A stretch of 64,000 nucleotides of DNA, taken from Zootoca vivipara. Lineage: Eukaryota. The stretch covers positions 29,574,001-29,638,000 of the forward strand of contig NC_083288.1 of NCBI RefSeq assembly GCF_963506605.1. The letters run 5' to 3'. Under the pieces are notes generated by a model, which saw nothing but the letters and a program-made list of their open reading frames with translations, was not told the origin of the DNA and ran no database searches. Each line of letters begins with the position of its first letter. Within the stretch, counting starts at the first letter, position 1. Made by a program: the position numbers and the translations under genes. This document shows, one piece after another, positions 1-12,500 of the stretch.

Positions 1-327
1 ACGATATCAAAATATGTTTTGTCAATATGGGGATTCTCTCAAGGTGCATCTGCCCCCTGCATATTTCCACATACTAAGCAAGTACTGTACAGCAATGATG
101 GCAGTGGGACTCCCGTGTTCCTCCTCTAGCAGTGGCAGCATTCGACTTCAAGAGCTTGTGAACAGCACAACCTACTAGTTCTGAAACAGTGGTAGTTTAT
201 TTTAAAATAGTGATACAGTATATAGTCTATACGGAGTTGAAAGCTAAGTTCTCATTTGCATAAAGATTTATTGTTTCTCCTTTATTTTTGTTCACTTATT
301 TCTTTTACCTTCAACATCCAACAAAAC

Positions 328-358
328 CTACACTTCTCTCTGTTCCTGGTATTGTACA
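328..358 (+). pseudogene. ~30-bp relic of an olfactory receptor gene (TM1 start, LHFSLFLVLY)
   Basis: ctacacttctctctgttcctggtattgtac matches the TM1 coding sequence of the ORs (e.g. ~38088-38117). Bases 1-327 match the upstream region of the OR pseudogene (44655-44960). Confidence 0.7.
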
Positions 359-397
359 ATAATTAATGACTATGGTCTCAAAAGATGGCAAAGAGAG

Positions 398-2483
398 GGC
401 TTCCGGTCCAGCGCCAGCGCCGATCGGCGGGGTTTTTGTCTCGCTCTGAGGGGGGAGGGCAGCGAGAGCAATGCTGCACCCCATAGAACCTCGGGTCGAG
501 CGTCCCGGGGGCAAAATCGCTCAGTGGAGCCCCAATCCGGACTTCCCAACTCTCCGGTTGCCCTAGTAAGAGCGCCGGAGCGAGAAGGGTCGAAGTCGCG
601 GGGGCCATTTTGAGCACCATCGTTGCTCTAGCGGAGAGGAGCTCCGAGCCGGAGGCGGAGAGTGCTGGATTCTTCCAAAAGAAAGAATTGAAAATTAAGA
701 CTGTAAGTAAGCTTCTAAAAATTGGATTTGAAATTAATTTGGACTTGGGAGAGAGGGAAACAAAACGGAAGCCACCCCCTCCCATCGGTAATCCAAGAAA
801 CAGTAAATAAATACCCGAAGCCGGGAATTGAAGATTTTGGTTTAAAAGGTATCCTCAAAGACGCAAAAAAGTTCTCCCCTGGATGCAGGGTAAAAGGGGA
901 GAAGGACAGTGGTTATTGATCCCCTGCAGAAAGACGAAAAAGAATTAGGAAAACCTTTTGTTTCCCCGGGATCCGGCAGCCCAGACAGCCCAGCGAGCTG
1001 ACTAGGATTTATAAATGAACTTTCTTATTTAGACTTTTTAGAATTTTTGTGTACATGCTTTTGATATATTGGCTTGGATCTTTATATACTATGAGCTGGA
1101 AAATGCAGCCAGTTTGTTAAAATGAGGCTGGGAAAATAAGCAGCGACCATTTTCCACCCCACATGATAAGTAGTGACCTTGACAAGACTGAACTATGTCA
1201 ACAAAAAGGTATTCGCCTGAGTTCCAGCGAAGTGTTTTGACAACCCTGTGGGAAGTAAGAATAGGACTATGCCGAGATGAGACTCAACAGCAAGAGTTAA
1301 AGCAGCAATTCCAGATGGTGATTGCTAAATATGACTTTTCAGATGATGAAGGTACTGAAATTGAAGGGGAAGACAGTGACAATGACAGCGACAGCGATTT
1401 GGAAGACTTTGACAATGAAGGAGACTGTGATTTGGAGTGTAAAGATAATAATGATGACTGTGATAATACAACACAAAATGAAGCTCACCATGAAGGAAAA
1501 GATGATTTTTTTCCCACAAAAGGATAAGCAGAATACTCCTCTTTCGAGGAGGGAGTGACAGGAACAAGTGGAATTTCAGATTACCGACAAGGAGAAAGAC
1601 AAGAACAACCCAAGAAGGGGAGAAACTCAGGGGGGCCTTATGGATGCCTGGAGGGCAAACCATTGGAAAAAGGGGGTGAGATGAAGGGAGAATGGGTGGG
1701 TGATCAATAGGATGGATTATCAGGATTAAAACTGGACTGCTGACCACGGAACTTGCTGGATTGGAGGGAGGTAGCCGGAGATTGGGGAAGAAAGGTTATA
1801 TTGGGAATTGCTAGAGTGTAAATGAGATTTGATTATGGAAAAAGTTTAAGCTAAGGAAGTTTATTGAGGGGGGAAATTAGGCAAGGGAAGAAAAATTGGA
1901 TTTGGAATTATAAGGATTAAGAGATTTGGTGAAAATGATAATAGTTAAGTTTAAAAGTTTTATGAGGAATAAAAGTAATTATTTTATAGATAAGGAAACT
2001 GTTAAAGAGGATAATAAAGGGATGAAAACCGGGGAAGGGGGGAGGTAGGGGAAGCCCACAAAACATGGTTTATTAATGTTGATTTGAAAAAGATTATTTT
2101 TGTTTTTATTTTTCTTTTCTTTATATTTTCTTTTTTGTCGTTTTTTTCTATTTCTTCTTCTGCATTCTTTTTCTTCTTCTTTTTTAGTATAGATTTTTCC
2201 TTTTTGGTATGAGAATGGAAGGTTGGGTGGTTGTCTTCCTGCTTTCTGACCTGACCCCCTAGAGCTTTCTGGTGGCAGGAGGGGGCTTTGGGGTGGGGGA
2301 GGGGGAGGGGGACTTAAACCCAACCATAAAATGGACCACCTTCAACTGTTCGCCTGCATGGGATTCTCCTGTGGCAGGAGAGGGCCCAAGGAAGGGGGGT
2401 GGAAAGAAGGTGGAAAATCTGTTTATGTAAGTACCGTGTTTGTAACCTGTAAAATTAATAAAAATTATGAATAAATAAAAAAA
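398..2483 (+). mobile_element. ~2.1-kb non-autonomous L1-type retroposon inserted into an older L1
   Basis: TSD caaaagatggcaaaga(g/t)ag at 379-397 and 2484-2502; empty site at ~49989-50007; GC-rich 5' end starting CTTCCGGT; AATAAA and A-rich tail; no RT. Confidence 0.85.
1195..1527 (+). CDS. 110-aa ORF (helical N-terminus, Asp/Glu-rich tail) inside the non-autonomous retroposon
   Basis: ATG-initiated open frame; N-terminus resembles the ORF at 22940-23251 in the related element. Confidence 0.45.
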   Translation: MSTKRYSPEFQRSVLTTLWEVRIGLCRDETQQQELKQQFQMVIAKYDFSDDEGTEIEGEDSDNDSDSDLEDFDNEGDCDLECKDNNDDCDNTTQNEAHHEGKDDFFPTKG

Positions 2484-2502
2484 CAAAAGATGGCAAAGAT
2501 AG

Positions 2503-4135
2503 ATTTCCAAATTTGTCTGGGAGGGCAAAAGGCCAAGGATTAAACATAAAATACTTACAGATATAAAAGAAAGAGGAGGCTTTGCTCTCCCAGACCTAAA
2601 ATTGCATTACGAGGCCACATGTTTGGTATTGATTAGGAACTGGATAAAACTGGAAAAGGAGGAAGCTTTAGATTTAGAAGGTCATGATAATAGATATGGG
2701 TGGCCATACCTTTGGTATGGGAAAGGGAAGGTGCATAAAGGATTTTATAATCATATAATTAGGAGATCATTGATGAAAATTTGGGAAAGCTACAGGGACT
2801 TAATAGAGCAAAAAAACACCCTGGTGGTTATCACCAATTCAAGCTTCACTGCTCAACCACTTGGCAAAAAGGGGAAAATGGTCTATATATAAAGAGATAC
2901 TGAGAGATCAAGAAGGCAAATGGAAATTGAAAGAATATGATGAAATATAAGGCTATGTTCAGAGTTGGTTACATTGCAGACAATTAAATGAGATGTATAA
3001 GGAAGACAACAAAAAAGGGCTTAGCTATACAAGCTCCAGATTCCAAAAAGAGGTTATAGAAGAAGATGGGAAGCTGTTGAAGAAGGCTTATAGTATTTTG
3101 TTAGGGTGGGAAACAAAAGATGAAGAGGTCAAATCAGTTATGATTAAATGGGCACAAGATTTCGGACACAATATACAATTTGAAGATTGGGGAAAGTTAT
3201 GGAGAGTAAATTTGAAATTTACAGATTGTTCCTTGCTGAAAGAATATTATATGAAAATGATGTACAGATGGTATATTGCACCAGTTAAAATGGTAAAAAT
3301 GTACAAAACTGGGTCAAACATATGTTGGAAATGTAAAGAAAAAGAAGGAACTTTTTATATGTGGTGGGAATGTAGAGAAGTCAAAAAATATTGGGAAATG
3401 ATTCATAATGAATTGAAAAAAAGGTTATAAAGACTTTTGTTTAAAAAACCAGAAGCATTTTTATTAGGAATTTTAGGGCAAGATATATCGAAGAAAATGA
3501 AGAACTTATTTATGTATGCTACCACTGCGGCAAGAGTACTGCTAGCACAAGGGTGGAAGAAGGCAGAAATATCAACGAAAGAACAGTGGCAAGAGAAATT
3601 TAAGAACTATGCAGAACTTGCAAAATTAACATACAAATTATGTGAAAAGGACAATTGGGAATTCAAGGAACAATGGGAACTACAGTGGTACCTCGGTTTA
3701 TGAACACAATTGGTTCTGGATGTCTGTTCATAAACTGAAGCGTTCATAAACTGAAGCGAACTTTCCCATTGAAAGTAATGGAAAGTGAATTAATCCGTTC
3801 CAGATGGGTCCGTGGCGTTAGTAAACCGAAAATTTGTTAACCGAGGTGTTCATAAACCAAGGTTCCACTGTATTTACAAACTATTTGAAGAAACAACAGA
3901 GAAACTTCATTGGCAGGATTTGAATAAACATGTACAATTTCTTATTAGAACAATTAGGGAAATGAGATGTATAATTTTAAAACATGTAGAAACAATATGT
4001 AAAAATAAATCAGAGAAGGGAGCTGAGGGAAGTCTGGGAAGGGGGGAGGGGAAGGGAAAAATGTAGCTGTTGTAGCATTGATAAATTGCATTGGTTTAAT
4101 ATTGATAAATAAAATTAAAAAATAAAAATAAAAGT
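2503..4135 (+). mobile_element. L1-clade LINE, 5'-truncated (ORF2 C-terminus plus 3' UTR), degenerate
   Basis: GGFALPDLKLHY, CWKCKEKEGTFYMWWEC and LFMYATTAARVLLAQGWK motifs; A-rich tail; paralog at 49773-51230. Confidence 0.85.
3683..3870. mobile_element. Tc1/mariner-superfamily (pogo/Tigger-like) MITE
   Basis: TIR cagtggtacctcggtttatgaac / gttcataaaccaaggttccactg; TA TSD; empty site gaac-ta-tttac at ~50958. Confidence 0.85.
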
Positions 4136-4744
4136 CTTCCTAAATGAAAACTGAAAAGAAAAGAAAAGAAGAAATCTGAAGTTTCACACTGGAGAAGTAA
4201 TTCCATACAGAGAATTGAGGGTCAGCTTCCAAGATCCGATACAGGCCATCCCATTTATGATAGTATAGGAATACAGAACCTTTGCTAGGAGTAAAAACAT
4301 TTCATGCTCTGGGACTTATTGAAAGATGGCACACAATAAGTCAAACAAAAGACTTGTAACGAACAGGCAAGGTGAACAATGTATTTAAATGGAAAATATC
4401 ATTAGACATAAAGAGCATGACCATTAAAAATGGCCAGTTTCTACAAGTGCATGGACTGAAGTGAGATAGGGGGGAAATAATGCTCTTCAGATGGTTATAC
4501 GGGCCATCTCTACAGGCAAGTCAGCGCAATAGCTTCAGACTAGTGCAGTGGTGTGCAGTCATTGGACTAAGGGGACTAGGCTAGTGCTCTAAATGTTCCC
4601 CTGGTGCCTCCTTCCCAAAGCCCAGGAAGCTTCTGCCCAGCTTAGGGAAGGAGGTGCGATGCTCACATGCCTGACATCAGGAAATCAGAACACCACACAC
4701 ATGACATAACCCCCCCATGCCCTTTGCAAGTTAGTGCCTCTGGC

Positions 4745-4921
4745 CAGGGCAGTCTCGAGCAGGTCAGGCGCCTTGGCACTGAGGGGCGGAGATAGCTCCG
4801 GCGCCCCCACCCTCGCAGGGTGCAGCATGGCTTTCGCACGGCTTTGCCGCGCATCGCCCCGCCTACCGGTCCGGCGTCCTGGCACCCCGCACCACCAGGA
4901 CTCTACCTTGAGCCGGCCCTG
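4745..4921. mobile_element. hAT-type MITE
   Basis: cagggc...gccctg ends; 8-bp TSD cctctggc (4737-4744, 4922-4929); absent from paralogous sites (24965, 32037, 62550). Confidence 0.85.
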
Positions 4922-4959
4922 CCTCTGGCCCTAATGGTTCCCCTATGAGAGATTTCACC

Positions 4960-5260
4960 ACATAACACTAGACTAGAAGGCTCGAATAAGGAAAATAAAA
5001 ATTATAAAGCATCTGCTGAAAAAGCCTTTGACTCAAAACAGATCTTTATTTGGCATTACAAAATGACTAGAGAAATAAACATCTCTGCTGAGCTCTTGTT
5101 AAATAGAAAACTCAGGACCAGACTACAATGTGCAGAATACCTGAACTGTGACTTAACACAAGGCGTTCAGTCTCAGATCCAAAAGAGATGGAGACAAAAA
5201 TGTATTATGCCACAGGGTTATAAGCACAAATCCCATTACGACCAAAGGTGACTGTCAAAA
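4960..5260 (+). mobile_element. Degenerate Ty3/Gypsy integrase relic (copies at ~10730, 25020, 32090, 33520, 35820, 62610)
   Basis: AELLLNRKLRT resembles SPAELLMGRKLRT; preceded by a D-L/P-Y-L-A-L-like segment; repeated in every duplication unit. Confidence 0.65.
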
Positions 5261-5529
5261 TGCATGATGGTATCATCTGACACATAGGTCTCTTAACAAA
5301 AAAGCAACTTCCAGATCATATCAAATACAGGACTCAGATTGTAAAGTATTCAAATGCAACAGAAAACATCTACTTCAGAAATCATAAAAGGGAGGAAAGA
5401 ATAGCAGAAGCAGGAGGAACACAGTGGGGGTGGGATAGTGAGCTAGTCATATCTCACACCAGTATTTTAAATATTATATAGTAAATTGTTTTGAAATGGG
5501 ATGGTTTATTTACATACCTTGATTATTTG

Positions 5530-5858
5530 TGTTAGACCCATAGGGCAAAGTCTTTAAAAAACCACCATGGTTGTTTTGTGTGTGACTCCTGAGTACAAGC
5601 ATCCAGGAACACAATTACTAATTTGTTTGGGGCTCTTGAGAGCAAACTCCCAGGAATATAAATGGAATAATAATAATAATTTCCACCTAATGGTAAAAGC
5701 ATCATTCTGCAAGTGTATACAAACATTTTCACTGTCTCAGAAGAAAAGGAGGGAGAGAAAGAAAATGTTCCATGAGTTGCTAGAAGAATACAGAACATCT
5801 TAAAGTGATAAAGAAAATGCATCTGGAAATCTATTTTCTATAAAGGAAAAGAGTAAGG
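5530..5858 (+). promoter_or_regulatory. Putative OR promoter plus non-coding first exon, ending at a GTAAG splice donor (5853)
   Basis: Block conserved upstream of every OR (also ~11285, 25590, 36525, 43305, 52680, 63180). It contains O/E-like CTCCCAGGAA and CTCTTGAGA sites, TAATT cores, a (t/c)ataaat box and a conserved GA|GTAAG. Function is inferred. Confidence 0.45.
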
Positions 5859-6956
5859 TGTTTATATTTTTTTTATAGCATTAGTGATACCTGGATAGCT
5901 TTTGGAGAGCAAAATGCAGACAATACTACTATACTATAGTCTATTGTGTAGAATGGGAAATTGTCCTTGTTCTAGGTTTCTCCAGAAACCTAATATCGAC
6001 TGCACATAGAAAAACCAGTGACCTGGTTTCCATGACACGCTAAGCTAAATTTTAGCTCAGTGAGACTGCATAAATGTGCAACCTCATGGAGAGAGGATTA
6101 CAATTGCTTTGCTACTCCATGCTCCTTTGTACAGCCCTCACAAGCTACACCAGGTTTTGACATAGCATATAATCCAAACCAGGACTAGTGGTTAGCCTCT
6201 CTCCTAACCCACCTTGAGCTGCAACCAAGAACAAACCTTCATTGCAGCTCCTAGTGAGTGAAGAGAGGGCTTTAGCACGTCACTTGTCTTATCATTGTGG
6301 CAGCAAAAAGTTCTGGGAAGCAGCTAAGCAGCTGGAAACTTCTCTACAAGAGCTTACATATTTGTACATTCAATTTGTACATACATTTGTGCACAGTGTA
6401 CATTAAGGTTAGAAACATACAACAAAGATTAAAACAGTTGAAACCTCTGTGATCTCAGCTAGGAAGGAGTTGCAAAGCATCGGACCCAGAATACTGAATG
6501 CATGGCACTCCTAGGAAGTATGAGCTATGTGTCTGAGCCATGTGGAGCCACTACCAGTGACTCAGTCAAAGACCTCACTGATCAAACAGGGATATAAGGA
6601 ATCAAGCTGTTAAGGTATCCTGGACCCAAGTTGTGATGGCCATTGCACTGGACATTAACAAACATAAAGTGAATTTGAGTCTGCATTATATGGGCATATA
6701 ATATGGGCACCTAATCCTCCTATATTTAAGGATTACTGTAATTCAGTATCAAAATCGAAGTAATAACTATCCAAATGTGTGTTGTAAATATGGAGATGAT
6801 AGCAAGAGGCATCTGCCCTCTGCACATTTTTTCTGCAGACGTCCACATAGACAGAAAATATGCCAAGGATGGAGGCTGAACTGCAGCAGTGGCAACATTC
6901 ATCTCCAAGTGATTGTGGTTAGCAGCATCTACTAGTTTTGAAACAGCAGTAGTTTA

Positions 6957-7400
6957 TTTTTATTTTTTAATTCATGATTTTCAGTTATATACATTTCAAT
7001 TCAAAACTTGACTCTTTCTGCAGTTCCTTGGATTTATTTTTATCATTTCCTGCATATTCTAAATTACCTTAACTTATTCTTTTATTCATCTACCTTAATT
7101 GTATACTCTTATGAAACTGCAGTTTATTATAGTAATCCTGCCAATGTCTTTATCTGTTTACAATTTGTTTGTAAATATTCAATAAACCATTTCCATTCTT
7201 TTATAAAAAGTTCATCTTGATTTCTTATTTTTCCAGTAAATTTCACCATTTCTGCATAGTCCACAAGTTTTTGTATCCATTTTTTCACTGAGACTTCTTC
7301 TTGCCATTTTTGGGAAAATAATATTCTTGCCACTGTAGTAGCATACATGAACAAATTTCTATACTGTTCGGGAAGAGTTGTACTCCTATAATTTCCAGGG
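6957..7400 (-). mobile_element. L1 3' fragment (copy at ~26950-27395)
   Basis: FMYATTVARILFSQKWQ...LVDYAEM on the - strand; T-rich tail. Confidence 0.75.
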
Positions 7401-7650
7401 GGGGGGGGGGAGAATACTTAGCAGTAACTTATTTTAAGATAAGGGTGCATTATCTATATGGAGTTTAAAGCTAAATTCTCCTTTAGATGAAGATTTATTA
7501 TTACACCGTTTTTTTCACGTCTTTCTTTTAAATCTACATCCCACAAAAACCACACCCAAATCAGTATTGGATAACAAGTATTTGTTATCAGAAGAGGACT
7601 TAAACCTATGCTTGTCTTCCTGTTTTCTTCTAGAAGCAGCAATCATTTTA

Positions 7651-8631
7651 ATGATGAATGCAAAGATAGGCAATGAATCCTCTGTCTCTGAATTTCTACT
7701 CCTGGAGTTTTCAGCTGTACGGGAACTGCAGATTCTACACTTCTTTCTGTTCCTGTTATTGTACCTGGCAACTGTATTTGGGAATCTTCTCATCATCTCT
7801 GCTGTAGCTTTTGACCACCACCTTCACACTCCCATGTACTTCTTTCTGGTGAACCTGGCCATACAGGACATAGGGGCTGTTTCAGTCACCATCCCCAAAT
7901 CCATGGCCAATTCTCTCATGAATATCAGACACATATCTTATGCTGGATGTGTTGCTCAAGTGCTTTCATTATTTTTCTTTGCATCATCTGATGTCGCCCT
8001 TCTTACAGTCATGGCGTACGATCGCTATGTTGCCATTTGCAATCCCTTACAATATGAAATGGTGATGAACAAGGCAGCCTGCAAACAAATGGTTGCTGGT
8101 GTGTGGGTTGCTGGCCTTCTCAATGCAGTCATGCACACTAGTGCAACTTTTGCAACCCCTTTCTGCTCAAACATTGTCAATCAGTTTTTCTGTGAGATCC
8201 CACAGTTAATTACACTTGCCTGCTCTAATTTATACCTTACAGAAATTGGAGTCTTGTTGGTGAGCATTACATTTGTGTTTGGATGTTTTGTCTTCATTGT
8301 TGTCACTTATGTGCACATTTTTACTGCAGTTCTGAAACTCCCTTCTGTACAGGGAAGGAAAAAGGCTTTCTCCACTTGCATACCCCACCTTGTTGTCTTC
8401 TCTGTGTTTTGTTTCACAGCATCTTTTGCTTACTTTAGGGTTCCCTCTAAATCTCCATCAGACCTGGACTTTGCATTAACTGTGATATATAGTCTTGTAC
8501 CACCCATGTTCAATCCAATAATCTATAGCATGAGAAATAAAGAGATTAAAAGTGCTTTATCAAAGCTGTTCGGTTTGAGGCATTCTTCTCTGGATATATC
8601 TTCCAAGCTTGTTCTGAAAAGGTATAATTAA
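7651..8631 (+). CDS. Olfactory receptor, class II family-14-like, intact (326 aa)
   Basis: LHTPMYFFL, MAYDRYVAIC, FFCEIPQL, KAFSTCIPHL and PPMFNPIIYSMRN motifs; N-glycosylation site NES; ATG follows a polypyrimidine/AG acceptor at 7633. Confidence 0.95.
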   Translation: MMNAKIGNESSVSEFLLLEFSAVRELQILHFFLFLLLYLATVFGNLLIISAVAFDHHLHTPMYFFLVNLAIQDIGAVSVTIPKSMANSLMNIRHISYAGCVAQVLSLFFFASSDVALLTVMAYDRYVAICNPLQYEMVMNKAACKQMVAGVWVAGLLNAVMHTSATFATPFCSNIVNQFFCEIPQLITLACSNLYLTEIGVLLVSITFVFGCFVFIVVTYVHIFTAVLKLPSVQGRKKAFSTCIPHLVVFSVFCFTASFAYFRVPSKSPSDLDFALTVIYSLVPPMFNPIIYSMRNKEIKSALSKLFGLRHSSLDISSKLVLKRYN

Positions 8632-9149
8632 AGAGATTTCCTGGAACAGAGCATCATTTCAAGTGAAATCTTCCTGATAGAATCAGATATGCAAACTCAA
8701 CATCTGCATTGTTTTACATGGTCACCTTGCATTCCTTCAGCTCAGCTGTATCTTTCACACTTTTCCTTGTCACATCCCATGGCATGTTGATAATACATTT
8801 ACATATGTATGTTGACGTTTATACCCCATTGTTCACTGAACACATCTCAGCAACCCTTATTCTTCTAAAATATGAATAGTAACATTTCATGTTTCCTTTC
8901 AGCTCTGACACCCCGCAGCATGTAAACAGCAATTTTAACCTAGTATTCAGGTTTTCAAGGTAGTGATAGCACTTAAATGAAAATATTTTGGGGGGAGTAG
9001 GAATTCACACAATTACTAGAATGTCACATGCACACATATCTGAATTAACATCTAAGCAAAAAGTACATGTATCTTGGAGGCAGTCAGTAACACATACACT
9101 GCCCTGTGATAGGGAAGTTTCAGAATGCATGGGGGGATGCAACTTCTTT

Positions 9150-9395
9150 GCAACAACAACAACAACAACAACAATTTATTATTTATACCCCGCCCCTCTG
9201 GCTGGGTTTCCCCAGCCACTCTGGATGGCTTCCAACAGAAAAATAAAATAATCTATTAAACATTAAAAGCCTCCCTAAACAGGGCTGCCTTCAGATATCT
9301 TCTAAAAATCTAGTAGCTTCTTTTTCTCTTTGACATCTGATGGGAGGGTGTTCCACAGGGCGGGCGCCACCACCGAGAAAGCCACCACCGAGAAA
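9150..9395 (-). mobile_element. L2 3'-end fragment with a simple-repeat tail
   Basis: Matches the 3' end of the L2 at 46700-46930; partly deleted in the paralog at 29853-29925. Confidence 0.75.
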
Positions 9396-12300
9396 ATATG
9401 TTGCCATCTAAAGGAAGCTCAGGAGAAAATACAAAAAAGAGAAACCTCCTCACTGGACAATGCAGATTTTTACATCACTACTGAAATAAGAACAGAATAG
9501 GTACCAGAGGTATTCACCATTCCCTTAGAAACAAATGGAAGTGTGATGGAATAGCAGCATAGATAAAGGTGATTGCAATGGTCAGATCTTGAGTCAGCAG
9601 CAGTCAGAGTTTATTAAAACACCAACCAATCTGGAAGAACTGGTGAGTCAAAAAATACAGAACTTTGCTGTCAAACAGAGTGGGATTGTATGTCAGCTAG
9701 ATAGAGGGACTGTTTGTCATTTAGACAGCAACCTGAAGAGAGAAGGACCTTTTCTGATTGGGATTAGGAACTAGCTAAACATGGATGACCAATTTTATTC
9801 CTTGAAGGGGAATTAAATAGTTTAGGAGAAGTTGTAAGATAGTTGCTAGGGCAGTGAATCAAATGCCCATTATAAGTGGAAATAATCTATCCTGCAAAGT
9901 AGTTTGAAGAAAAATGCTGACTGGGGTTTTAAAGTTCAGTGTAAAGAGTGTCTGCCTGAAACTACATATTGTGTCTTACATGAATAAGCATGAGTAAAAT
10001 GAAGTGCCGTGCCTTTGAAGAGTAACCGTTAAGTTGTAACCCACAATGAGTGTAAGTAAACAGATGTATCCAGTGCTGTTACTAAGGAGAATTGTATCTT
10101 TTAAACACTGAGAAAATTGGTCATGCTATCCAGTCGCGTGTCAAGACCCTTTAAACCAACCCCCCGTTGGAATAAAGAACTTCAAACGGACACAGAATTT
10201 AAGTTTAAGGTTATTGGGCAAATTTTGGACAAAACTTTATTGATTACAAATGTGAGCGGTATTGGCTTAAGCATTGTCTAAAGACTATATCTTTATAGGA
10301 TTTTCCCCCAGGTGAAATCTATGGTATTTCCTTAGAGTTTACACCTGGTGGAAATTTACTGGTGGTTCATGCATTGCCCAGAGCTTTTAGCACAGTGGAG
10401 ATAAGCAGTGAGACTGACTGTGAGGTGGTATGTGTCAGATGATAGTTTAAAAATGGCCAGTCTCTATAAGTGCATGGACTGAACTGAGATAGGGCAAAAT
10501 AATGCTCTTCATATGGACCATCTCTACAGGCGAGACAGTGCACAGAATGTCAAGTCCATACACCCACCCGACCCCAATAGCTTCAGAATAGTGTAATGCT
10601 GTACAGTCATTGGACTAAGGGGACTAGGTTGGTCCCCTAAATGTTCCTCTGGTGCCTCCTTTCCAAAGCTTAGGAAGCTTCTGCCCAGCTTAGGGAAGTA
10701 GGTATGAGGCTAGTAGGAGACTAGCAGGCTCGATGAAGGCAAAATAAAAATTATAAAGCATCTGCTGAAAAAAGCCTTTGACTCAAAACAGATCTTTATT
10801 TGGCATTACAAAATGACTAGAAAAACGAACATCTCTGCAGAGCTCTTGTTAAATAGAAAACTCAGGACCAGACTACAATGTGCAGAATACCTGAACTATG
10901 ACTTAACACAAGGCTTTCAGTCTCAGATCCAAAAAAGATGGAGAAAAAAATGTGTGATGGAACAGGGTTATAAGCACAAATCCCACTACAACCAAAAGTG
11001 ACCGTCAAAATGCATGATGGTATCATGTGGACACATAGGTTCTCTTAACAAAAAAGTAACTTCCAGATCATATCAAATACAGGACTCAGATTGTCAAGTA
11101 TTCAAATGCAACAGAAAGCATCTACTTCAGATATCATAAAAGGGGGGGGGGGAATTGCAGAAGTAGGAGGAACACAGTGGGGGCAGGATAGTGAGCTAGT
11201 CATATCTCACACCAGTATTTTAAATATTATATAGCAAATTGTTTTGAAACAGGATGGTTTATTTACATACCTTGATTATTTGTGTTAGACCCATAGGGCA
11301 AAGTCTTTAAAAAACCACCATGGTTGTTTTTTTGTGTGACTCCTGAGTACAAGCATCCAGGAACACAATTACTAATTTGTTTGGGGCTCTTGAGAGCAAA
11401 CTCCCAGGAATATAAATGGAATAATAATAATAATTTCCACCTAATGGTAAAAGCATCATTCTGCAAGTGTATACAAACATTTTCACTGTCTCAGAAGAAA
11501 AGGAGGGAGAGAAAGAAAATGTTCCATGAGTTGCTAGAAGAATACAGAACATCTTAAAGTGATAAAGAAAATGCATCTGGAAATCTATTTTCTATAAAGG
11601 AAAAGAGTAAGGTGTTTATATATTTTTATAGCATTAGTGATACCTGGATAGCTTTTGGAGAGCAAAATGCAGACAATACTACTATACTATAGTCTATTGT
11701 GTAGAATGGGAAATTGTCCTTGTTCTAGGTTTCTCCAGAAACCTAATATCGACTGCACATAGAAAAACCAGTGACCTGGTTTCCATGACAAGCTAAGCCA
11801 AATTTTAGCTCAGTGAGACTGCATAAATGTGCAACCTCATGGAGAGAGGATTACAATTCCTTTGCTACTCCATGCTCCTTTGTACAGCCCTCACAAGCTT
11901 CACCAGGTTTTGACATAACATATAATCCAAACCAGGACTAGTGGTTAGCCTCTCTCCTAACCCACGATGAGCTGCAACCAAGAACAAACCTTCACTGCAG
12001 CTCCTAGTGAGTGAAGAGAGGGCTTTAGCACGTCACTTGTCTTGTCTTATCATAGTGTGGCAGCAAAAAGATCTGGGAAGCAGCAAAGCAGCTGTAAACG
12101 TCTCTACAAGAGCTTACATATTTGTACATTCAATTTGTACATATCTTTGTGCACTGTGTACATTAAGGTTAGAAACATACGACAAAGATTAAAACAGTTG
12201 AAACCTCTGTGATCTCAGCTAGGAAGGAGTTTCAAAGCATTGGACCCAGAATACTGAATGCATGCCTCCTAGGAAGTATGAGCTATGTGTCTGAGCCATG

Positions 12301-12500
12301 TGGAGCCACTACCAGTGAATCAGTCAAAGACCTCACTAATCAAACAGGGATATTATAGAATCATAGAATCATAGAATCATAGAGTTGGAAGACACCACGA
12401 GGGCCATCCAGTCCAACCCCCTGCCAAGCAGGAAACACCATCAAAGCATTCTTGACATATGGCTGTCAAGCCTCTGCTTAAAGACCTCCAAAGAAGGAGA

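Noticed and set aside
5063-5251. Recurrent small ORF (..AELLLNRKLRTRLQC..) as a possible multi-copy small gene
   Set aside because: It is a Gypsy integrase remnant copied with the unit, and its frames differ among copies.
7567-7650. N-terminal extensions (MDNKYLLSEED...) of the OR ORFs in the ORF track
   Set aside because: They start at TTG and span a polypyrimidine tract and AG acceptor, so they are most likely intron. The real start is the downstream ATG.
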